41,438 bases of DNA from Emiliania huxleyi CCMP1516 (taxonomy: Eukaryota), in contig NW_005201851.1 of NCBI RefSeq assembly GCF_000372725.1, positions 185,953 to 227,390 on the forward strand, in the 5' to 3' direction. The translations under genes and the position numbers were made by a program. A model generated the notes under the pieces. The model had not been told where the DNA came from, did not search any database, and saw only the letters and a program-made list of their open reading frames with translations. Positions 32,390-41,438 of the stretch are shown here, piece after piece (the stretch's first letter is position 1; each line of letters begins with the position of its first letter).

Positions 32390-35300
32390 ATGCCGTCACC
32401 GGACGCGGCGGCGAGGCACACGGGCGCCGGCGTGGCGCGTCGGCAGGCCCACCACGAGCGGATGCGCGACGAGCGCGCTCGGGAAGCGGCCGCGGGCGAC
32501 GCGGAGCTTCCGCCGGAGGACGACGCGGTCGAGATGGCGAGCGCCGCCCAGCTGCTGGACAGCGTGGCGGAGGTGGGCCCGAACTACACCCTGCTGCGCA
32601 GCAAGGAGACGAAGGCGAAGCGGCGGAAGCGACAGCGCGAGGATGCCAGGGCGGCGCTCGACGGCCACACTGTCCTGTCCACCGGATCGCGCCTCGAGAT
32701 CTTCTGCGACAGTGAGCGGTGGTACCCTGCGACCGTCATGGCGCGGGAGGAGGACGGGGACGGACGGATCGCGCACCAGGTCGAGTACGACGGCTACCCG
32801 GATCGGCGGTGGTGGCACATGCTGGACGACGAGCGGTGGCGAGCCGTCGCAGAGCAGGCCGGCACGGGCGCAGGCGGCGCTGCCGCAGACGGGGATGGGG
32901 ATGCGGCGATGGACCGCGCGGACGGCGAGCGGGGCGCCCGTGCCGCGGGCGACGCCGAGGCGGCCGAGGTGCGGCCGGCGCCGCCTCCTGTGCGCCGGGG
33001 TGTGCGGCGCAGCGCGCTGGCGGACGCCCTCGAGGCGGAGGATGACGAGCGGCAGGAGGAGGCCGCGTGCGGCGATGGGCGGCCGATGCTAGCGCCACAC
33101 GGGCCGGCGCTGTCGGTGCAGCTTCGGCGCGTGCGCCTGCGGCTGCGCGAGTTCCTGGCGACGCAGGCCGCGGCGGGGAAGAGCGTGCCGATGCAGCGGA
33201 CGGCCCTCGGTCTGCACCCGACGGTGCGGTGGACGATCCGCTTCGGCAAGTGGCTGGCGACGACGCGAATCACCGCGCCGAGGGCGAGCCGGTGGCACGC
33301 GACCGAGCGGGGCGACGCGCGGGACGAGGAGCCGACGGTGCGCACGGGGCGCGGCGAGAACACGGTCTACGTCGCGCTGCAGCACATGAAGAACCACGTG
33401 TGGCGCGAGATCTGGCCGGCGATGCCGGACGACGCGAGGCAGTACTGGCGGCTGGTGACCAAGCAGGTGATGTCGCTGTACGACGGCGGCGGCGGCGGGA
33501 TGAAGGACGCGGCAGGAGCCGCCGGCCGGGCGGCGGGCCGCGAGGCGGCGCAGGAGAGCGCGTCGCACGGGCAGAGTGAGGCGGCGCAGCGGGCGGCGAG
33601 CGAGAGGGCGAGCGCGGTGGCGAGCCGGCGGACGATGGCCGAGCTGCGCGAGGCGACGACGAAGCCGTGCACGAAGCAGCACCTCTTCCAGGTGGGAGAG
33701 TACCAGATGCAGGACACGCAGCTGATGGAGCCGTTCGAGGTGAACGTGGCCTTCATCATGAACGCCTACTTGTGCTTCGCGCGGCAGACCGGGTGCCGGC
33801 CGGGCATGGCGGTGAACGACGCGGCGGACGCGGCCGATTCGGACAGCCACTGGCGCGCGTCTCCCGCTGAGAGAGAGAGAGAGAGAGGCGAGTAGAACGG
33901 TGGCGTTGGCGTGCGATGGGGCGAGATGACACTGAGCCGTGCCGCTCGCCGGCAGGCACGAGCTGCCGCCGCTGACGATGGGCGACCTGTCCATCGCCGC
34001 GGATGAGCTGCTGCGGGGACTAGGCGGGGCGGGCGTGATGACCGAGGGCGACTTCGAGGCCCTCATCCGGATGGAGGTGACCTTTGCGCGGAAGAAGGGC
34101 GAGTACTACGCGTGCTACGAGTTTGGGACGGCGATCACGCCCGACTCGGACCAGATGATGCGCATCGGGACGCTGGCGATGGTGCGCCTGCTGCTGCGCT
34201 GCGGAAGCTTCAGGGCGTGCTACTCGAAGCTGAGCGAAGCGAGCGCGGCGGCGCTGCGTCGCAAGGTGGCCGAGCCGAGCGGGTTCGCCGGGCTCGAGCT
34301 GGCGGACACGGGTTACGAGACGCTCCCGGCGCTAGTGGCGGCGTGCCGAGCGGATGGCTGGGTGCTCGACAAGGCGGCCTTGGACCGGCCTCTGTTCCCA
34401 GGCGTCGACGAGGCGACGGGCCTCTTCTTGTTCACCGAGAGCTTCGACGTGCAGCGACTCTGCCGGCGCCTGATCGAGACGGGGCGCCAGCTTGGCATGA
34501 GCCGGCATAAGGTGGGCGCGTGGAGCCTGCGCAAAGACGCGTGCGAGCAGCCGGCGTCGGCGGGCGACGGCGCCGTCGCTGCGCGAGTGCTGGGCCACCG
34601 CCAGGTCAACTCTCGGACGATGAATCGGGTGTATCGCGCAGACCTGCGCACGCGCGATCTCGGCGCTTACTGGATGCGGCGCGACGCGCTCGGGAGCGTG
34701 GAGCGCGCGCCGCTGACGTCGCTCTCGGCGTCGCGTGTGCCGGAGGTGGGTGGCGTGCGCGGCTTCGGCGACCTGCCGCAGGCGTGCCCGGAGCGGCAGG
34801 CGGCGCGCAGCGACGCGAAGGTGGCGGAGGCGGTGGAGGAGGTGGCGAGCGCACGACGCAAGCTGCAGCGGCGGCTCGGCGTCGCGCTGCTGCCGAAGTA
34901 TTTCAAGGCGAGCGCGCGTGCGGCCGGTGGCGGCGAGGAGGTGGACGAGTACGAGGCGGCGCAGCTCCGGCTCCGCCATCGGAAGGGTGAGGCGGAGAGC
35001 GACGCGGTGGAGGCGCACCAGCTTCGGCTCTACAAGGAGGGGCAGGAGCGGCTGCGCGCTGCGCCGGCGCTGCGGATGGCGATGCTCTCGACGCACGCGT
35101 GGGCCCCTCGGTCGGAGGACGACGCGATCGCGTTCGGGCTGGATCGCAGGGACCGCACGCGCGAGCTGCGGATGCTGCGGAAGCTTCCGGCGAAGCTGCA
35201 GGGCTCGATCCTGCGTGTGGGGGCTCTGCACGTGCTTCCGACGGCGGGCACACCGGCAGAGGTGTACGGGCGCGTGCGGCGGCGGAGCGAGGACATCTGC

Positions 35301-35771
35301 ATCCTCGAGTGCGGCTCGGAGGACTGCGCAGGCCGACCCTCCATCGAGTGGCCGACCACGGTCGCACGGTTCGAGGAGCGGCGGTGCGTGCACTGCGGCG
35401 GCGCGGTGCGGCTGCGCTGGCAGCGCGAACCACAGGCCGAGAACGCAGCCGTCGAGCCGCTCGCGGTGGGCGCGGCCGCATCGCTGGGCGAGAGCTTCCG
35501 GGAGACGTATTGGGCGTGGTACAACCTCTCGGCGCGGGCCGCGATCGGCAACGCGGCGTACGCGGCCGGGGCGGCGGCGACCGCCAAGGCGAGCGCGAGC
35601 GAGGCGGGAGACGCGCCCCTGCTGGGCGCGGCCGTCGACGAGCTCGAGCTCGACGACGAGACGGTCGCCGAGGCGATCGCGGCGCTCGACGGAGGCGACG
35701 GAGCGCCGGGCTGCGGCGATGAGGCTGATGAAGACGCGAGTGATCACCGCGGTGCGTCGCAAGAGGTTTGA
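32390..35771 (+). CDS. Tudor-domain tyrosine recombinase (DUF3435/Crypton-like), ~1092 aa
   Basis: Exons 32390-33852 and 33956-35771, joined in frame by a GC-AG intron. YR motifs: TGCRPG (R at 33797), FARKKG, RPLF, WSLRK (34521-34535), LGH (34590-34598) and RVY (Y at 34632). Tudor-like GSRLEIFCDSERWYPATV...VEYDGY...W at ~32675-32848. C-terminal CxxxxC...CxxC. Confidence 0.85.
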
Positions 35772-36824
35772 GTCGGGGTGCAAATGTGAGACCGTGAGTC
35801 GGGGTGCAAATGTGTAATACGGTCGTGTGTGGGTGATCTCGGGATGGCGAGCGAAGCGCAGGTAATCTTTGATCTTGAATCCGTGAAAAAAAAGGCTCTG
35901 GTGTCACTGGCGCAGGGACAGTAACTGGCACAGTGGCGCCACTGTGCGAAGGCGCGCACAGCACCGCCGTGGGGAGGGCGCCGGGGCGGGCAGGCGGCGA
36001 CGGGGGCGGCGCGGCTGGAGGCGAGGGCGAGAGCGGCGGCATGCCGGACGGCGGCGGAGGCGAGGGCGGCGGCGGGGCGGGCGGCGGCAGCGAGGGTGGC
36101 GGCGGCGGCGGCGGCAGCGGCGGCGGGTGTGAGGGCGGCGGCGGCGAGGGCGGCGGGCGGAGGCGAGGATGGCGGAAGGGCGGCGGAGAGGCGGCGTAAA
36201 TCCCCGCGAGGGAGGCGTCTGCGACAACAGGGAGGGCGGAGGAGGGGCGGTGCGGAGGGTGGTGGCGGTGGTGGTGAGGCCGGTGGTGCGCGGTGAGGCC
36301 GGTGGTGCGGCCCCCGCCCGTACCGTACCGGTGGCAAGGCCGGTGATAACGCGGTGTAGGCCCGGTCTGTTTGACGTCCTTGGCCTGACGGCGTGGGGTG
36401 GGCGTGGCGGCGGTGGTGTGATTGGCGGTGGTAGAGCCAGGATCGGCATGAGGCGTGGCTTTCGAGATTTGAGCCTGTTGTAGAAGCAATTACAGCAGGA
36501 GAATTTCTGTAATTACAGCGGGTGAAGCAGGCCGCGGCCGGGACGCCGCTGTGGCGCAGTTGCTGTGCAGCAAGCTGGGGCTGGCGTGGCGTCGGGGACC
36601 GTGACTCCAGCGTCAGCGGAAGGGGACGGACACCTTCTACTTGCTCTCGTGAAAAGAAATCGCGCAGGGGAATGCCCGAGCGCCAAAAAAATCATGTCCG
36701 GGCGCAAACGGCGCTGAAAATAACGTGGAAACGACGGGCACCGAAAAGTCTGGGAAAGAAATCGAGGGCGAGATTTGGGTCGTACCAAGGTCATACCAAG
36801 CTGGGACGATTGCAAGTCAAACGA

Positions 36825-39660
36825 ATGCCCAACAAGCATCAGAAGTACACGAAGTTTAAGCCGTGCTGGTGTCGAAAATCAATCTTGCATCCGGACAGCA
36901 AGGAGCTGGCCTGGCAGTTCATGCCATCCATACGCGAGGCCAAGACCCCCATGGACGTGCAGACGGTACTTTGCCGCGTCGAGGGCGTGCACGTGATCCG
37001 CGGCGTCGCGATCAGCCAGTGGAGAAAACGTAAGTACTGGGCTGCAAGTCCTGCAAAGGCTGCAAAGGTTGCCGGCGAGCGGCCCGAGTCGCCGCCGAGG
37101 CTGGACATTGGCGCATCCAGCTGCGACGAGGAGGGAGACGCGGATCTCGTCTACGAGTTGTGGAAAGCATGCGCGTCGGATGCCATGCCTTCACCTCTCG
37201 CAGGCGGAGAGGTCGGCGACGATGGTGTGGGTGTTGTCGCTGGCGGCTACGAGTGCCTGCGTGGCGGTTTTGGCGGCGGCGCTGGCGCTGGCGGCTTGAG
37301 CAGCGGCGCTGTGCCTGGCGTCGTTCCTGGTGGCGAAACCGTGCTCGATCTCGATGTCGTTGACGGCGGCGACGACCTCGTCGGCTTGGGAGGTCGCGGC
37401 GGAGGCGGTGTCGACGAGGTCGGACTGCCCGGCAGCGTCGAGGGGTGGGTGTCCTCAGTGATCGGGCAGGGCGGTGAGGGAGGCGGCGAAGGCGAGGGCG
37501 GCGGCGGCATGGGCGGCGGCGAGGGTGACGATGGCGGTGGCAGCGCGGGCGGCGGCGCAGGCGGCGGCGAGGGTGGCGATAGCGGTGGTGGCGGAGGCGG
37601 AGGCGGCGGAGGCGGCGGGGAGGCGGACGGCGGCGGCTTCGACGGGGCGGAGAGAGGGGATGGCGAGGACGATGCTGATGGCGGCGGAGGCGAGGGCGAG
37701 GCGGAGGGAGGCGGAGGCGAGGGCGAGGCGGAGGGAGGCAGCGACGGCGGCGACGTAGACGGCGGTGGAGGCGAGGGCGACGGCAGCGGCGACGGCAGCG
37801 AGGGCGGCGGCGNNNNNNNNNNNNNNNNNNNNNNNNNNNNNNNNNNNNNNNNNNNNNNNNNNNNNNNNNNNNNNNNNNNNNNNNNNNNNNNNNNNNNNNN
37901 NNNNNNNNNNNNTACTTGGAGCCTAAAGCCGACGCAATTCAGTCACAACATCAATCAACTGCAATCCAGACGGCGAAACATCAGACATCGAGGGCGTAAA
38001 CACCACATCCACAGCATCAAAGGCGACATCGAAAACAACGGCGGCGGCGGCGGTGGCGGGGAGGAGATGGCTCTGGCTCTGCTGGGCGGCGGCGTTGCGT
38101 GCGTGCTCTACGGCGGCGAGGAGGCCGAGCGCATCCAGTTTACGGCGGCTGCTGCTGGGGCGGTAGCGTCCTCGGCGACGCAGGCGGCGCTCGGTGCGAC
38201 CGCAACGGGACTCTCGCCCGAGGCGGCGGAGACAGCGGCGGGCGATGCGGCCGAGGCAGGCGACGGCGGGGCAAGCGACGAGAGCGTGGCGGAGGGCGGC
38301 GACGACGGCGACGGAGGGGGCGGCAGCGGCGGCGGCGGCGAGGGCGACGAAGGGGTCGGCGCCGAGGACGGCTGCGGCGACGATCCTCGTGAGGTCTGGG
38401 TCGAGGTGGTCACCGACTCGGAGGACGACTCGATGCAGGGCAGCGAGGTGGTCGAGGGCTCGGAGGACGTCTCTATGCCAGGAGGCGAGGTGGTCGAGGT
38501 CTCGGAGGACGACTCGATGCAGGGCGGCGAGGGTGTCGGCGACGGCAACAGCGGCGCTAACGAGTCTGTGAACTGGTGGTCCGTGTCGACCTCCGAGTGG
38601 TCGGACGAGGAGCGGGAGGTAACTTCGATGCCCATCGCCGAGCCGACGGTGGAACCTCGGCCGGCCCTGATGCGCTTCCCGGATGGCGCCCCCGGGCGCC
38701 GGCGACTGATGCTGGGCGGCGGCGTTGCCCGGCCGTTGTATGGCGGCGAGGCGGGGGAGGCCATACAGTACCTCGCGCCGCAGGCTCTGGACGAGCTTGA
38801 GTTGACCTTCGCGCGCAAGAAGGGCGTGTACTACGCGGGCGTGTATGGTTCGGCGGTCACGTCCGACTCGGACCAGCGGGTGTGGGGCGGCGGCGAGGCG
38901 GGCGGCGACGAGGGCGGCGGCGAGGGCGCAGGTGGCGGCGCCGAGGGCGGCGCCGAGGAGATGGCTCTGGTGCTGCTGGGCGGCGGTGCCGCGGTCGTGC
39001 TCTACGGCGGCGAGGAGGCCGAGCGCATTCAGTTTACCGCGGCTGCTGCTGGGGCGGTAGCGGGCTCGGCGGCGCAGGCGGCGCTCGATGCGACCGCTGC
39101 GGGGCTCTCGCCCGAGGCGACGGAAGCGGCGGGCGACGCGGCCGGCTCCGCAATCTTGTCTGGCGGTGAGGCAGGCGGAGAGGTGCAGGCAGTGCTCGAC
39201 AGTGGAGCGGAGGCGACGGGCGACGAGGAGGTCGACGGCGGCGAGGTGGGCGGCGGCGAGAAAGGCGGTGGTGAGGCTGGCGGCGGCGAGGCTGGCAACA
39301 GCGGTGAGGCGGGCTACGGCGGGGCAGGCGACGGCGTCGAGGAGAGCGGCGGCGGCGACATCGGCGGCGGCTTCGCCGAGGCGACGCGTAGCACAGCGGC
39401 CGGTGACGACGGCGGCGGCGACAGCGGCGGCGACAGCGGCGACAGCGGCGGCGACAGCGGCGGCGACAGCGGCGGCGGCGGCGACGACGGCGGCGGCGAC
39501 GGCGGCGGCGAGGATGGAGATGGCGATGCGGGCTATGAATACGATGAAGAGGAGCTACAGCTCGCAGAGGAATTGTTGCGGCTTTCAAAGGCTGCTGCGG
39601 CTTCGGTGCTGCACGTGCGAAAGTTTAGGCGCACAATGGCTTACCAAAAAGAGAGGCATA
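36825..39660 (+). other. Gly/acidic low-complexity mosaic ORF region containing recombinase-derived segments (spans a gap)
   Basis: Open frame from ATG 36825. Repeated EEMAL.LLGGG...LYGGEEAERIQF units at ~38061-38250 and ~38955-39140. Segment 38799-38876 is homologous to the recombinase. Confidence 0.45.
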
Positions 39661-39759
39661 TCATGATCCACACATGCGCAGCGCGAGCAGGGGACGCACG
39701 GTCCAAATGCACGACAACAACAACCCATGATACATTCGCTCTAGCCTCTGTACCACAAA

Positions 39760-41319
39760 ATGCCAGCCGTGTTGCGGAGCCACACCTTAAGAGCTGCTTC
39801 CGACTTGCTCGCCCGGGTCTTGGAGCTAGACACGATCCAGGCGTTCCTCATCCAGGACAGCTACTGCATCGGCTTATCGCACCCTGTTGTGGACTGGCTG
39901 TGCGTGAGCCGCGCCTGGCGCGATGCCTTGGGCGAGATTTGGGGCGCCATCTTCCGCACGGGCCTCAGCGTCCAGCTCAGCAGTGCGACGGTGCAGGGCT
40001 TGCAGTGGCGCATTCCGAGCTACCTGACCGAGCTGCACCTCACCCTCAGCTCGGTGGAGAGTTTGCCAGGAGACGATCGTCGGAGGCTCGGGCAGCTCCT
40101 GGCCTTGCTGCCGCCCGGTCTCCAGACGTTGACTCTGGAGACCGTTTACGTTATCCTCGAGGACCCTGATGCGGAGGTCTTGGCCGCGGGGCTTCCGGCG
40201 GGGCTGCGGAGCTTGTGCCTTACCTCCCCGCGGGGAGGTCGAATGGGGGACGCCTCGACGGAGACCCTCCTCCAGCGCTGCCGCGAGCTGCGCTCGCTCG
40301 ACTTCATGGCGTGCTGGACGCCGGCGCTGCGGCTGCCCTGCGCGCCACAGCTCAGAGACCTCCGCCTGGCCTGCTGCATGCGGGACCCGGCAGCCTACTC
40401 GACCCTCTCGACGCTGCCACGGCGGCTGGACTCCCTCAAGCTCGCTTTCAACGACGAGGAGGGTAAAAACCTACACAAGGTGGACTTACTGCACACCCTT
40501 TAGCATCTCAGCTTGCAATGCCATGCCATGACAGTGTCGTCGGCAACATAGGATCTTGCGCCGTGCTGGAGCGTGGTGGCCACGGCGCTGCGCGCGCTCA
40601 CGGTGCCCAAGATCGAGCTTGCGGCGTACTACGTCGATCGGAGTGACGACGGCTTCTGCACCAAGCTCCTGACGAGCCGCCTCCCTCCAGCGGAGCTGTC
40701 GGTGGTCATGGGTTTCTACCGCTGCGGCCTCTCCGTCGCCGCCCTCTCCCAGCTGGCGTCGCAGCTGCCGCCGACTCTTGCGGCGCTCTCCATCTCCTTC
40801 GACTACAAGGCCTCTTTCGAGATCGACTACGAGGGTCCGGGGCCCGACTACCAGGCGACCCGGACGGCGGCCATGCGGCGGTTTTTCGAGGCGCTCCGCG
40901 CGCGGCCCCTGAAGCGGCTCGAGTTGGTGGAAGGCTTCGAGTGCTTCATGGGCAGCAAGGGCGACTGGGAGCTCCTGTTTGAGAATCTGCCCTCGACCCT
41001 CGAGACGCTCAAGATCGAGACGCACGCAAAGGGACTCGGAGATCGGGGCGCGGGCGTCTTGGCGAAGCACCTGCCGAGCGGCCTGCGGAAGCTGGACCTC
41101 TGCTTCAATGGGAATGGCAATCCAATCGGCGGGTGCGGGGTCGGCGCAAAGGGCGCCCTGGCGCTGGTCGAGGCCATCCCGGCCGGCCTCGAGACCGGAT
41201 CGCTTTACGTCGCCGACCTACGCACGTCCGGGCCCGCGTACAAGCGCCTCCGAGCCGCGCTGCCGCGCTGGCCGCGAGGCCGGTTGGACGGCAAGCACAT
41301 CACCATTTGCCGCACGTGA
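39760..41319 (+). CDS. F-box-like/LRR (RNI-like) protein
   Basis: Exons 39760-40479 and 40552-41319 (GT-AG intron, phase 0). LCVSRAWRDA resembles an F-box tail. Repeated LPxGLxxLxL...GDxGAxxLA units. Confidence 0.75.
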
Positions 41320-41327
41320 CGACACTT

Positions 41328-41410
41328 AAGCGGTTGGAGAGGCATGCACTTATAAGTCCGATCCATAACCCTAGCGCCTATACAGAAGCGGTTGGAGAGG
41401 CATGCACTTA
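41328..41410 (+). repeat. 25-bp direct repeat pair separated by 33 bp
   Basis: AAGCGGTTGGAGAGGCATGCACTTA at 41328-41352 and 41386-41410. Confidence 0.9.
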
Positions 41411-41438
41411 AACGGTCCCTACCGACTACACTAAACAT

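Noticed and set aside
32390..35771. DIRS/Ngaro retrotransposon
   Set aside because: No RT, RNase H or gag ORF and no split or inverted long repeats are visible, and the YR has an intron.
36522..40169. Single 1215-aa protein
   Set aside because: The ORF spans an N gap, is mostly low-complexity, and overlaps the LRR gene out of frame.
41328..41438. Formal CRISPR array call
   Set aside because: Only two full repeats, a eukaryotic context and no cas genes. Kept as a finding only.

Overview
GC-rich eukaryotic draft-assembly window with four N gaps. Frequent GC-AG introns, intronic CTCGG/CCGAG, GGGGAGAT and CCCTCA repeats point to a haptophyte such as Emiliania/Gephyrocapsa huxleyi (inference). 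Genes reconstructed by eye: a USP8/AMSH-type MIT + OTU deubiquitinase (3' half present twice, probably an assembly artefact); a 4xAP2/zf-CW/PHD protein; a CDIN1(TPD)-like nuclease with a plastid-type presequence; an FkbM methyltransferase interrupted by a TIR transposon; F-box-RCC1; TM-HET(TIR-like)-LRR; a TrmH methyltransferase with an inserted dsRBD; and an F-box-like LRR protein. Mobile DNA comprises four families of non-autonomous TIR elements and two truncated copies of an RLE non-LTR retrotransposon next to the same host repeat. The main candidate for a new system is a ~1090-aa intron-containing Tudor + tyrosine recombinase whose motifs resemble DUF3435 (Starship captain)/Crypton recombinases, followed by possible cargo. 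Many introns begin with a copy of the next exon's first bases. All family calls come from motif recognition; no database searches were run.
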